From: an uncultured delta proteobacterium
GTDB lineage: Bacteria; Desulfobacterota; Binatia; UBA9968
Direction of reading: 5' to 3'
Assembly (NCBI GenBank): GCA_963728565.1
Contig: CAVSLC010000010.1
Location: 192,001 to 256,000, forward strand
Length of the DNA: 64,000 nucleotides
Under the pieces are notes generated by a model. The model was not told the origin of the DNA and did not search any database. It was given only the letters and a program-made list of their open reading frames with translations. Below are positions 1 through 10,241 of the stretch, in pieces. The position numbers and the translations under genes are program-made. Every line of letters starts with the position of its first letter. Within the stretch, counting starts at the first letter, position 1.

Positions 1-663
1 GCGATATCCGTTCCAGGTCGCGGTGCCGTACATGCGGATTTTTCCCGCCGAGACCGCCTGCTCCATTGCTTCGAAAGCCTTCAGCAAACGGCTATTGAAT
101 TCCTCACGGGATATTTTGCCTAACTGGCTTTCCGGATTGTGGACGTAATAGATATCGAGGCACTCGAGAGACAGATTTTTCAAACTGCAATCGAGCTGAT
201 TCAAGAGATAAGCCGGGCTCATGCAATGAGAGTTGCTGACGATGTCGGAGGCGCTGGCGATGCCGGGCTGAAAGAAGGTTTCTTCAAAATAGCGCCGCAC
301 ATCGGCTGGCGGCGAGCTGTCATAAGGAATGAACCCTCCCTTGGTGGCGACAATAATTTCATCCCTTTGAAATCCCTTGGCCGCAAGATCCTGCAAGGCT
401 GCACCGACTGCGCGCTCGCTTCGTTGCAGGCGATAATTTATCGCGCTGTCGATCACGTTACAGCCGCACTGAACCGCGCGGCTGATAGCCTGGCAGTACT
501 GACGGTCGGTCTCCGTGTTGTAATCCCCGAGATAAGTGCCGATCCCGACCGAAGACATCCACAAGCCTTGAGATTGCCGAAAGTGATCGCGGTGAATTCT
601 ATCGGCAAAACGCTCGCGGTAACGGTCCGTGCCCGCAAGTGTCGCTGCGCCGGGGATTATCAT
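1..663 (-). CDS. Aldo/keto reductase (3' end runs off the window)
   Basis: Manual translation from ATG at 663: MIIPGAATLAGTDRYR...SVGIGTYLG...LDIYYVHNPE...AGKIRMYGTATW. These are AKR motifs. It is absent from the ORF track because there is no stop inside the window. Confidence 0.85.
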   Translation of the reverse strand, partial: MIIPGAATLAGTDRYRERFADRIHRDHFRQSQGLWMSSVGIGTYLGDYNTETDRQYCQAISRAVQCGCNVIDSAINYRLQRSERAVGAALQDLAAKGFQRDEIIVATKGGFIPYDSSPPADVRRYFEETFFQPGIASASDIVSNSHCMSPAYLLNQLDCSLKNLSLECLDIYYVHNPESQLGKISREEFNSRLLKAFEAMEQAVSAGKIRMYGTATWNGYR

Positions 664-968
664 CGTGATCCTTTACGTTTGCTGCTCAGGAGTGGACCGT
701 GCAAACCTGAGTTTTTGCCTGCATGGTGAGAAAATCATAAAAAGTGCGATCATGAGCATTGCTGCCAAGTTGGGAACGCCGCCTAGCGAGCGAGATCAGT
801 GTAGCAGAGACAGGTTCATTCTGAAAAGTTTATTGTTGAAGCAGTTGCCATCGGCAATCTGCTTACTTGAATGAACCAGTCCGCGGGCAGGCATGGTTAA
901 TGGTTTCAGTATGGCGCGATACCCCGGGCGCTCCCGCTTTCCGCGCCACCTTCTCTCACACCGGGCCG

Positions 969-1736
969 TTAAAAGGAGTCTTTGAGCCGGCGCACTTTCG
1001 CAAAGACGGAAACAGGATCTGCACGGAGATCAGGGTCCTGAGATTTGAGGGTCGCTTGAAGCTCTTTACTATCCCAGCGCAAGAACGGGTTAGTTTGCTT
1101 TTCTTCTTCCAGGGTGGCGGGAACCGTGGAAGCGCCGCGCGCTCTTAATCCCTGCACCCGCTCAAATCTGGAGGCCAGCTTATGGTTCTTTGGTTCCAGT
1201 GTCACGGCAAAACGGAGATTGCTTTCGGTATATTCGTGACCGCAATAAACTTTCGTATCATCCGGAAGCGCCAGCAGTTTTTTTAGCGATCCATGCATCT
1301 GCTCGGGCGTGCCCTCGAACAGCCGGCCGCAGCCGGCGGTGAATAGAGTGTCGCCGCAAAACAGGTTGCTGCCGAAGAGATAAGCGACATGGCCGCTGGT
1401 GTGCCCGGGAACAAAAAGAACTTTGCCGCTCACATCACCGATCTTGATCTCATCCCCTTCTTCGACGCCTCGGGTCAAACCGAAGATTCTCGCGCTATCA
1501 CTCTTATGACCGTAAACATCGAGCTTGTGGTGCGCAAGAATTCCCTCGTTGCCGCCGGTGTGATCGCGATGATGATGTGTGTTTAGTATCGCCGTGAGAG
1601 TGACGTTTTCCTGTTCTGCTCGCCTCAAGACCGGCTCGGCTTCAGAGGGGTCGATGACCGCCGCCTCTTTGCTCTTATCGCAGATAATTAGATAAGCGTA
1701 ATTATCCCGCAGTAGCGGAACCTGGATGATCTTCAT
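969..1736 (-). CDS. gloB: Hydroxyacylglutathione hydrolase (glyoxalase II)
   Basis: DNYAYL, THHHRDHTGG metal motif, GHT, GDTLF, CGHEYT and TNPFLR. Start set at MKIIQVP. Confidence 0.93.
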   Translation of the reverse strand: MKIIQVPLLRDNYAYLIICDKSKEAAVIDPSEAEPVLRRAEQENVTLTAILNTHHHRDHTGGNEGILAHHKLDVYGHKSDSARIFGLTRGVEEGDEIKIGDVSGKVLFVPGHTSGHVAYLFGSNLFCGDTLFTAGCGRLFEGTPEQMHGSLKKLLALPDDTKVYCGHEYTESNLRFAVTLEPKNHKLASRFERVQGLRARGASTVPATLEEEKQTNPFLRWDSKELQATLKSQDPDLRADPVSVFAKVRRLKDSF

Positions 1737-1970
1737 GTGTAAGGAATGCGCCTTTCGAATCGGAACGAGCCCCGTCCCTGTTGATAAAGAGCTATCACAT
1801 ATTATCACGTATCTAAAGCGAAACACGATTAGAAGCTGAGTTGCGCGGCAGACCACGATCGCGAATCGATTGATCGCTGCTAGTTCCAGAGAACTCCCGT
1901 GTGGTTAAAGATCGGTGTTTCATGATATGACCCGGTCCATCGACCTGGAGCAATTTCGAAAGGACGTAAC

Positions 1971-2945
1971 ATGAAACCAATCCTAATTAGCCTTGTCCTT
2001 CTGATGTGGACGCATGCTCTTGGAGCCGCGGATAGGATCCGGATCGGCTACAGTTCGATCAGCGGCGCCTACATCCCCATCTGGGTTGCGCATGATGCCG
2101 GCTACTTTGCCAAAGAAGGCCTGGAAGATCAGATCGTGCTGATTCCCAGCGGCACTCAGCTGGCGCAAGTAACCGTCGCCGGCGAAATCGATGTCGGCTC
2201 GATGAACGGCAGCTCTGCAATGGCCGCGGCGCTGCAGGGCGCCGATTTAAAGATCATTGGGAATTCCGGCAATAAGATGATCTTTTCTCTCTATGTCAGG
2301 CCTGAGATCCAAACCATCGAAGCGTTGAAGGGGAAGAAGATCGGCATCACCCGTTTTGGTTCTGCGCCCGACATTTCGATCCGTTACGCGCTGAGAAAAT
2401 ACAACATCAATGCAGAGCGAGATCTCACGTTGATCCAGCTCGGCTTTATGGCGACTGTTGCAGCCGGGCTGCAAGGTGGATCGATCGAAGGCGGAGTGGT
2501 TTCGCCGCCAACCCAATTCGCAGTCGAAAAGGCCGGCTTCAAAGAATTGATCAATATTACGGATATGGACTTTGCTTTCCCCAATCCTTCTCTGGTGGCG
2601 GTCGGATCCGTCATTAAAAGCAGGCCCGCTGTCATCGACCGCTTCATGCGCGCCTATGCGCGCGGCGTTCAGCGCGCCCGCAGCGATAAAGAGTTGACGT
2701 ATAAGTCGATGTCCAAGTACACCAAAATCCAGGACCAGACGGTTTTACACAAGGCTTACGAGCTCTACATGGGCAAGGTGCTGGAGAAGGCGCCCTACAT
2801 CAACATGACCGGGCTGCAGAACGCGCTCGATGATCTGGCGAAAACAGTGCCTGCCGCCAAAACCGTTAAGCCTGAGCAATTTGTCGATCGACGCTTCCTC
2901 GATAATTTAGATCGAAGTGGTCTCATGAAAGAGCTCTATCCATGA
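1971..2945 (+). CDS. NMT1/SsuA/THI5-like ABC substrate-binding protein
   Basis: Signal peptide, then GYFAKEGL and LKGKKIGITRFGS. Confidence 0.88.
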   Translation: MKPILISLVLLMWTHALGAADRIRIGYSSISGAYIPIWVAHDAGYFAKEGLEDQIVLIPSGTQLAQVTVAGEIDVGSMNGSSAMAAALQGADLKIIGNSGNKMIFSLYVRPEIQTIEALKGKKIGITRFGSAPDISIRYALRKYNINAERDLTLIQLGFMATVAAGLQGGSIEGGVVSPPTQFAVEKAGFKELINITDMDFAFPNPSLVAVGSVIKSRPAVIDRFMRAYARGVQRARSDKELTYKSMSKYTKIQDQTVLHKAYELYMGKVLEKAPYINMTGLQNALDDLAKTVPAAKTVKPEQFVDRRFLDNLDRSGLMKELYP

Positions 2946-3370
2946 TTGCGCGCGCGGCTTGCGCTGGTCCATTTGCTAAAAGGCATGCTTATCGACCGCG
3001 CTACCGTGGCGCGCGGCGGTGCACATGGGAACCCTCGAGTAGGAGCGGCATTTCCCGATCTGTCGCCTCGCAGGACAAAGATAGCAGATGAAAAAACGAG
3101 TCATTATGAGATTTATCAGAGTTGGGGAGAGATCACGATTAACAAGGGATTATTGCCGGTGACCTTCTATCGCTCGATCGGGAGAGTGGCGTCGACGGGC
3201 AGTAAGGGCGCGTTCGTCAATCAAAGACGGCGCCGAAGCGCACATCGGCATGATAACAGACTCCCGGCTATTCTTCTCTTCGGACGCTGCGTCAAGAAAT
3301 TGGTGTTCCGGGTAAGTTAGGTGTGTTAAACTAGGCAGGTTCCACTCGGCGACTGCCGATTCAACTGCTC

Positions 3371-3754
3371 ATGCACCTCCGAGCTTCAAAACCTAAGACC
3401 GTCATCAACGCCAAAGGCTTCAGCCTGCTCGAGCTGCTTGTGGTCGTTGCCATCATCGGCTTGTTGACTGCCATCGCCATCCCAGAGTTTCTATCATACC
3501 GGGCGCGCTCCGTGGACAGCCAAATGAAAAGCGATCTCAAGAATGCCGCTCTGGCGATGGACTCCTACTTTGCCGAGAAGAAAGTATACCCCACTTCTGT
3601 TGCCGCCATCGTAGCCGTGGGCTTCACTCAAACAGAGGGCGTTGCCCTGACGATTGCCGTTCCCACGCCCTCTTCATTTACAATCACGGCCAGCAAGCCT
3701 AGCGGCACCCAGCCTAGTTTCACTTTCAGTAGTGTCACCGGCACGATCAATTGA
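3371..3754 (+). CDS. Type IV pilin-like protein with prepilin cleavage/methylation motif
   Basis: KG|FSLLELLVVVAIIGLLTAIAIP class III signal, with E at +5. Confidence 0.9.
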   Translation: MHLRASKPKTVINAKGFSLLELLVVVAIIGLLTAIAIPEFLSYRARSVDSQMKSDLKNAALAMDSYFAEKKVYPTSVAAIVAVGFTQTEGVALTIAVPTPSSFTITASKPSGTQPSFTFSSVTGTIN

Positions 3755-3760
3755 CGCTGC

Positions 3761-4726
3761 TTACAACCAGCCGGCTTTGCGGAAACGGATGAAAAGGTAA
3801 GCGTCGATGACGACCATTGTGATCAGCGTGAAGGGATAACCCCACGGCGAACTCAGCTCGGGCATATGTTGGAAGTTCATTCCGTAGATTCCCGCGATCA
3901 GCGTGGGTACGGTTATGAGCGCCGCGTAGGACCCCAGACGCTTGGTAATTTCGTTTTCCTGAATCGTAATAAGCGACAGGTTGACTGAAATCGCCGTTAC
4001 CACCATATCGCGCAGGCTATCGATGGATTGATTCAAGCGGGTCAGATGATCGTAAACATCACGGAAGTAATCCTGCAAACTTAGACATAGTTGCGGCACC
4101 CGGCCGCCGAACAGACGGGTGATTGCTTCGATCAGAGGCTCGGTGGCATGTTTCAAAACGGTCAGCTTACGCTTCAGTTCATAGAGGTCCTCGATGTTTG
4201 CGCGACTATTTTGGTTAGCGAAGATTTGCTCTTCGATGCGCTCAAGATTCGTGTCCAAGGCGTCGAGGATGGGAAAGTAGCGGTCTACCACCGCATCCAT
4301 CAGCGCATAGAGCACGTACCCGGTGCCGTGCTTCATCAGCTCGGGCTCGCGCTCGCATCGCTGGCGGACCTCGACGAAGCCGCGCTGCGCCTGCCGGCGA
4401 ACCGACAAGACGTAATTCCGGCCGACGAAGATCTCTGTTTCGCCGACGACGAGCTCATCCCCGGCGAACTCAATCATGTGCAGAACCACAAAAAGCGACT
4501 CGCCGTACTCCTCGATTTTGGGCCGCTGATGACCGTGTTGCGCATCTTCGACAGCAAGCTCGTGCAGTCCGAAGACTTTCTGCATCTTTTCGAGCTCACT
4601 CGGCTCCGGGTCTTTCAAGGCAATCCAGACGAAGCACGCCGGCCGGTTGATATAGGCAGGTATCTCCTCGACGGAAATGTCGGCGAGCTTGTGGCCGTTC
4701 TCGTAGGCGGCGCAGTTGATGATCAT
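3761..4726 (-). CDS. corA: Magnesium/cobalt transporter CorA
   Basis: HQRPKIEEY, YGMNF signature and two C-terminal TM helices. Confidence 0.93.
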   Translation of the reverse strand: MIINCAAYENGHKLADISVEEIPAYINRPACFVWIALKDPEPSELEKMQKVFGLHELAVEDAQHGHQRPKIEEYGESLFVVLHMIEFAGDELVVGETEIFVGRNYVLSVRRQAQRGFVEVRQRCEREPELMKHGTGYVLYALMDAVVDRYFPILDALDTNLERIEEQIFANQNSRANIEDLYELKRKLTVLKHATEPLIEAITRLFGGRVPQLCLSLQDYFRDVYDHLTRLNQSIDSLRDMVVTAISVNLSLITIQENEITKRLGSYAALITVPTLIAGIYGMNFQHMPELSSPWGYPFTLITMVVIDAYLFIRFRKAGWL

Positions 4727-4890
4727 ACTGTCTGAGCTCTCGTATCTACAGGAGTTCCGTGAGTTCCGCGGCTCGGCGCTAGAATTTATTTTCTGCGGAT
4801 CAACTTACCTATCTAGTTCACGGGCCCAACGCTCGGTTATAGGTTTATGACGGCTAACAAGGTTCTTGCAGGTTCCCTGCCGGCAGTTTT

Positions 4891-5628
4891 TTACCTGGGA
4901 GTTCGCAAGAAAAATGTCTGTCCTGTGACAAATCTGGTTGCATCGCTCAGCAGATACCTAACCAGTCCGACGATCTCGTCTTTCTGAGTGAGCCCGTCCA
5001 GGAGCGGCGGAACTTCTTCGCGCTTTTTGAACTGTTCGGGTGTAAAACCGATCCTCGACATCGGCGTATCGGTTGCTCCCGGGCACACCGCGTTGACGGT
5101 GATGTCGTATGGCGCCAATTCCATCGCTAATGATTTGGTAAAGGCGATGACGCCGGCTTTGGATGCGGCATAGTGCGCTGCTCGAGCTTGTCCGGCGACG
5201 CCGCGCCCGGAGGCGATGCTCAAGATGCGTCCCTTTTTCTTTGGTATCATGTGCCTGGCGGCCGCCTGGGAACAGAGAAAAACGCCCTTGAGATTGATTC
5301 TCATGACCCGGTCCCATTCTTCTTCGGGCATGTCGACCACCGCAATGCGATCCATGACCCCTGCGCCGCAGAAAACGTAGTCCACCGCGCCGTATTTGGC
5401 GATGGATTGATCCATCATCGCGGCGACGCTCTGCGGATTGCCGACATCGACTTGGATGGCGCTCGCTTCTCCGCCTGACTGACCTATTTCTGCCGCGACT
5501 TTTTCCGCCGCGTCTTTTGCATAGTCGGCGATGAGTACCTTTAATCCATCGCTCGCCAGCCCTCGGCACAAGTCGGAACCAATGCCACCGGCGCCGCCGG
5601 TCACGATAATGACTTCGTTCATATCCAT
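4891..5628 (-). CDS. Short-chain dehydrogenase/reductase (FabG-like)
   Basis: TGGAGGIG, YAASK and VNAVCPG. Confidence 0.92.
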   Translation of the reverse strand: MDMNEVIIVTGGAGGIGSDLCRGLASDGLKVLIADYAKDAAEKVAAEIGQSGGEASAIQVDVGNPQSVAAMMDQSIAKYGAVDYVFCGAGVMDRIAVVDMPEEEWDRVMRINLKGVFLCSQAAARHMIPKKKGRILSIASGRGVAGQARAAHYAASKAGVIAFTKSLAMELAPYDITVNAVCPGATDTPMSRIGFTPEQFKKREEVPPLLDGLTQKDEIVGLVRYLLSDATRFVTGQTFFLRTPR

Positions 5629-5799
5629 CTATCTCCTCGATCGTTTTTTCGCCGAAGCTACCACTTGTGCTTGCGATGGGTCAATCAGGCGACGGCGCGC
5701 GAATCACAAGGATGAAAGCGGAAATCTGCAAGCGGAATTGAGTTTTCAGCTTTCATAATTCATCTTTTCGAAAGCATGTGAGCCTTTTTCGTCAGACTG

Positions 5800-6207
5800 T
5801 TAGTAATCGTCTGGAGTGCTTCGGTGATACTGAAGCCGTACGTTGCCTTTCTCGACCATGCGGTCGAATCGCCGCCGCAGCCAGCGCTTGAAGATGGTTC
5901 GGGTGAAAGGGATCAACAGCACTAGAGCGGCGAAGTCGGTGATGACTCCGGGTACGACAAACAGAACTCCACCGGCAAAGATCAAGACGCTATCAAGCAT
6001 CTCTTCCGCCGGCAGAATACCTTGCGAAAGGTTTTGCCTGATCTGATGCAAGGTTCTGAGGCCCTCGAAGCGGGCAAGCAACAATCCCAAGAGCCCGCTG
6101 AAGATTATCAAGGCGATGGTTAGAAGTGGGCCGAGATAGCTGCCTATTTTGATCAGGATATATAATTCCAGGAGAGGCAGTCCGATAAATAGAAGAGCCA
6201 GACGCAT
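5800..6207 (-). CDS. fxsA: FxsA family membrane protein
   Basis: PLLELYILIKIG...LFVVPGVITD is the FxsA pattern. Confidence 0.85.
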   Translation of the reverse strand: MRLALLFIGLPLLELYILIKIGSYLGPLLTIALIIFSGLLGLLLARFEGLRTLHQIRQNLSQGILPAEEMLDSVLIFAGGVLFVVPGVITDFAALVLLIPFTRTIFKRWLRRRFDRMVEKGNVRLQYHRSTPDDY

Positions 6208-6209
6208 GG

Positions 6210-7127
6210 CTAAAGATTAACCCTTTTAGCGAGATCAGACGATATCGGCGCTGGAGATAATTCCGGATGGACAAGCTGGCTGAGTATTTCCAACCCGTCG
6301 ATGAGACGCGGCCCCGGCCGACTAAAATAATCCGCGCCGCTGACTGCGAAAACGCGGCCGTCTTTGACCGCGGGCAAGGTTTGCCAACCCGGGCGATTCT
6401 TCAGCGAGAAACTTTCTCGAACTGCGCGGTCCAGGTCAAAGCCGCAGGGCATTAAAATCAAGACCTCCGGCCGGGATGCGGCGACGGCGTCCCAATCGAC
6501 TTTGGCCGAACGCTCGCCTGCGGCTCCCAGAATGGCGTTACCGCCGGCGATCTCGACCATTTCGGGTACCCAATGGCCCGCCATGTAAATGGGATCAAAC
6601 CACTCCAAACAGGCCACTCGTGGTCGTGAAGCTGATCGCGTCGTTCGATCGCGTACCGCTTGTATTCGAAATTCGAGCTCTTGAACCAGTGACTCGGCCT
6701 GCTGCGCCCTATGGGTCGCTTTGCCGATGCGCAACACATCGTTCAATATATCACCGAGACAATGCGGGTCGAGTGAGACGATGCAGGGATCTCGCGCAAG
6801 CGAGCGCGCCGCTTGGACGACATCGTTGTAATCCAGCGCGCAGACGTCACATAATCCTTGGGTGAGAATGACGTCGGGTTCACTGTCTTTGAATCGTTTC
6901 TCATCGAGCGCGTACAGGCTTTGCTGCGAGCGCAGCAGATCGCCCACTCGTCGATCGATTTCTCCGCTGCCGATCATCGTCGGATCGATCCGGCTTCTTA
7001 CCATCACCGGTTTCGATCGAGCTGCCGCCGGGAAATCGCATTCGTGACTGACGCCGACGATCTCGTCGGCCAATCCGAGAGCGCATGCGATCTCGGTGGC
7101 GCCGGGAAGCAGGGAACAGATCCGCAT
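6210..7127 (-). CDS. Cobalamin/Fe-siderophore-type binding protein (BtuF-like, no signal peptide)
   Basis: MRICSLLPGATEI, VGVSHECDFP, GHWVPEMV and FSRPGPRLIDG. Confidence 0.85.
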   Translation of the reverse strand: MRICSLLPGATEIACALGLADEIVGVSHECDFPAAARSKPVMVRSRIDPTMIGSGEIDRRVGDLLRSQQSLYALDEKRFKDSEPDVILTQGLCDVCALDYNDVVQAARSLARDPCIVSLDPHCLGDILNDVLRIGKATHRAQQAESLVQELEFRIQAVRDRTTRSASRPRVACLEWFDPIYMAGHWVPEMVEIAGGNAILGAAGERSAKVDWDAVAASRPEVLILMPCGFDLDRAVRESFSLKNRPGWQTLPAVKDGRVFAVSGADYFSRPGPRLIDGLEILSQLVHPELSPAPISSDLAKRVNL

Positions 7128-7363
7128 AGCTTGTGCTTAGCCGATCGATCGCGCATTTGCCACCTGAGCCAGTTATGTCCCAGGCTATTCGGTCACGCTA
7201 GGAATCTTGACCCGATTCGCTGCAGCTTAACCGAGTTCAAGTGCTAAACCCCCTTGCCGCGGTCGTTCCCCGAAGGAGATCGCTCCGCGTTTCGAAGTGG
7301 GTAGTTGCACCGGGAACAGCGTCAAAACTCACGCCTGATGCTGATGGAACTGTCCTAGCCACA

Positions 7364-7398
7364 TTCCAATGATCACATCGGCGATGTGATCATTGGAA
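7364..7398. repeat. Perfect 17-bp inverted repeat
   Basis: TTCCAATGATCACATCG-g-CGATGTGATCATTGGAA. Confidence 0.95.
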
Positions 7399-7524
7399 GC
7401 TAGATCATTCTCAAACGCATCAGCTAAATTCACTCCGATCCTAATTGCCCAGGCATTCACTTGACAATGCATAGGAGTCGGAATGAAAATCACTCCACGT
7501 AAATCACCTTCGATGGGAGATCAT

Positions 7525-8250
7525 ATGAGCGAGCGAATTTGGGATCGACTACTGAGCGAGCAAGACCGCGCGCATTTGGCGGCAAGCCCGCGCAAGCACA
7601 TTGGATTGGGCTCGAAGCCGGCGCTCCTTCTCATCGATCTTTACCGTTGGGTCTTCGGCGACAAGCCGGAACCCTTGCTCGAAGCGATCAAAACATGGCC
7701 CTTGAGCTGCGGGCTAGCTGGCTGGAACTCCCTTCCGCATATTCAGAAATTATTGGCAGTCGCCCGTGAGCTGGGCATTCCGGTAATCCATGTCGTGAAC
7801 ATGGACGGGAACGGAGTGGAGGGCAGGTATCCGAATAAGGGACGAGAAGATTTGAGCCCGGAAGCGCTCGAGCGCCGGCGGAGGAAGTACGAGATTGTCG
7901 ATGAGCTAAAGCCCATTCCCGGTGAAACTGTTTTGCAAAAATCTTCCCCGAGCGCTTTTTGGGGCACACCTCTATTCGGCCATCTCAACTGGCTGAGAGT
8001 CGACACGATTCTGGTTTGCGGCGAAAGCACGAGCGGCTGTGTTCGCGCTAGCGTCGTCGATGGCTGCACCAATCGTTTTCGCATGGTCGTGGCAGAGGAA
8101 TGTGTCTTCGACCGGCACGAAACAGCACACGCGATGAATTTGTTCGATATGGACCGAAAGTATGCCGCGGTACTGCCTGTCGACGACGTCATTAAGTATC
8201 TCCGCGGGTGGCAAGCGGAACTAGGCGGTCACGGTGAACCGGTAGGCTAG
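7525..8250 (+). CDS. Isochorismatase/cysteine hydrolase (maleamate amidohydrolase-like)
   Basis: PALLLID, K..PSAFWGT, and GESTSGCVRASVVD with the catalytic Cys. Confidence 0.88.
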   Translation: MSERIWDRLLSEQDRAHLAASPRKHIGLGSKPALLLIDLYRWVFGDKPEPLLEAIKTWPLSCGLAGWNSLPHIQKLLAVARELGIPVIHVVNMDGNGVEGRYPNKGREDLSPEALERRRRKYEIVDELKPIPGETVLQKSSPSAFWGTPLFGHLNWLRVDTILVCGESTSGCVRASVVDGCTNRFRMVVAEECVFDRHETAHAMNLFDMDRKYAAVLPVDDVIKYLRGWQAELGGHGEPVG

Positions 8251-8259
8251 TCCAACCGA

Positions 8260-9288
8260 TCACTGCACCTTAAACACCTGCCGATATTCGTCGTAGTATT
8301 TCCTGTAGTCCGGGGCCAAGCTGATATCGCTCGCCATCAGATTGATTCCTTCCACAAGCGTCGGCGGCTCGGCCTTGACATCCGACCGCACCGGTACCCG
8401 GGAGGTTTTGACCAATAATTCCTGCCCCTCCTTGGAGAGCAAAAAATCGACGAAAAGGCGGGCGGCACTCGGATGGGGCGCATGAGCGGCAACGCCAACG
8501 ACATAGTGGTACGCGATCACAGGATTTGCCCTTACCCATTCTATCGGCGCGCCGCTCTTCTTCATGACCTCCATCCTGGGAGTATACAATACGGTGCCGA
8601 GCTTGAACTCGCCGGCAGCCACGAGCTGCGCCATCAAGGAGTGGCCCGCGCGAAAAGTAAGATCCTGAGTAGCCAGTCGCCGCATATACTGCAGACCCTT
8701 GTCGCGCCCCATAAATTTCAACATATTGGCAAACCATTCCGTCTCTTCGCGATCCATGACCATTTGTCCCTTCCACTTCGGATCCAAGAGATCGGACCAA
8801 TCCTTCGGGGCTTCGGCGCGTGGAACCAGCTTCGTATTGTATCCTATGGTTGCGGGATTCATGTAGAAACTCGTCCAGTGTCCCTCCCGGTCCTTGAAAT
8901 CGTCCCGATAGAACTTCGAATGAGGCGAGGCATACTTCGCGAACAAGCCTCTCTCCACAAGCACGTTGCCCTCGAAAGACCGGATATTGAAAACATCAGC
9001 CTCGCGTCTTCCCGCCCGCGCCTCCGTGAGAACTTTTTGCAGCAGACTGTCCGATCCGGCACGAAACTGGGTTATCTTCAGGAACGGATACTTGCTTTCA
9101 AATACTTTTCTAATGGTCTCCGATTCACTTGCGGTAATCGACCCATAAAACACCACCGACCCTTCCTTCTTTGCTCCCTCAACGAGCTTGTCATGCCTTT
9201 CCCTTTCAGCCTCCGCAGCCGCAGCATGGCCAATCGACGGCAAAATAAGCAGAACCGAGGCGATCAAGTAAATGTAAAACGCTTTCAT
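8260..9288 (-). CDS. Extracellular solute-binding protein (Fe3+/thiamine-type ABC SBP)
   Basis: Signal peptide, AKKEGSVVFYGS, PKDWSDLLDPKWKG and APHPSAARLFVDFLLS. Confidence 0.88.
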   Translation of the reverse strand: MKAFYIYLIASVLLILPSIGHAAAAEAERERHDKLVEGAKKEGSVVFYGSITASESETIRKVFESKYPFLKITQFRAGSDSLLQKVLTEARAGRREADVFNIRSFEGNVLVERGLFAKYASPHSKFYRDDFKDREGHWTSFYMNPATIGYNTKLVPRAEAPKDWSDLLDPKWKGQMVMDREETEWFANMLKFMGRDKGLQYMRRLATQDLTFRAGHSLMAQLVAAGEFKLGTVLYTPRMEVMKKSGAPIEWVRANPVIAYHYVVGVAAHAPHPSAARLFVDFLLSKEGQELLVKTSRVPVRSDVKAEPPTLVEGINLMASDISLAPDYRKYYDEYRQVFKVQ

Positions 9289-9635
9289 TTTTTGCACCCC
9301 TCTTGTCGAATGGAGAGAGCCATTACAAAGTAACTTTGCGCGGAGTCTTAGAGATATTTGAGGGTGCACCCGACTGTCAACACAGAAAGCGGTTGGGGAT
9401 CCATTCTGCGCGTCTCTAGTTGGAATACATCAAAATAAGACCTGGCCCTCCATGCTCGCCTCCGCAGGTATTTTCCGATGCTCTCAACCGAAAATTAACT
9501 TGACGTATGTCAATTCTATATTAGTGTGACCGCTAGAAACTGCATTGCTGCTCATCGCCACTGTAGGCCCTGTTCTATGGAAGCAGCACAACAATGAAGC
9601 ACTATGTTGCCGAGGACATGGAAGAGAGGTCAAAT

Positions 9636-10028
9636 ATGCTGAAGAGGAAAATCATGACGGTGGTTCTGCTCTCTCTCATTGCCGGCACGCTGATGGCTTA
9701 GGAAGCTAAGGTCACGTCTCTCATGTCGAAGGTTATGACGGACGTTTCCGGCAAGGAAGGCCTGCTGATAACAGTAGAGTATCCGCCCGCCGGGTCGGAC
9801 CCTATCCATCGTCACAATGCGCATGCATTTGTATACGTGCTGGAAGGCTCCCTCGTGATGCAGGTCGAGGGCGGAAAACAAGTGACGCTCACACCGGGAC
9901 AGACCTTCTAGGAAGACTCCGACGATGTTCATATCGTTGGACGGAACGCGAGCAAAACCAGGCCGGCAAAATTCCTTGTGTTCCTGGTCAAGGACAAGGG
10001 CGCTCCAGTGCTCGTGCCAGTGAAGTGA
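9636..10028 (+). pseudogene. Cupin-domain protein interrupted by two in-frame TAG codons
   Basis: MLKRKIMTVVLLSLIAGTLMA*EAKVTSLMSK...PIHRHNAHAFVYVLEG...PGQTF*EDSDDVHIVGRNASKTRPAKFLVFLVKDKGAPVLVPVK. The TAGs are at 9699 and 9909. Confidence 0.85.
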
Positions 10029-10182
10029 CTGGGGAGCGTCTCCCGCGTGCTCCGGATTATCGTCGACGGAGCACTGGAAGGACACAGGAGAAACGAGCCG
10101 TTACGATTCAACAAATATCGGCAACGTTCCCACACGGATGCGCCTAAAACGTATTGCGAATCCCTTTGCTTCTTAACCAATC

Positions 10183-10210
10183 TTGACCGTGGCTGTTGCA
10201 AGAGTATAAG
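10183..10210 (+). promoter_or_regulatory. Putative sigma70 promoter for the cyclodeaminase gene
   Basis: TTGACC-N16-TATAAG about 30 nt upstream of ATG 10242, with a GGAG RBS. Confidence 0.45.
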
Positions 10211-10241
10211 ACACGCACAAGACCACGCGAGGAGAAGATCT

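Noticed and set aside
139-729. 196-aa + strand ORF
   Set aside because: It is the shadow of the minus-strand aldo/keto reductase.
9636-10028. Genome-wide TAG reassignment
   Set aside because: TAG terminates intact genes such as ptrB, yjbQ and hicA, and the internal TAGs replace different expected residues.
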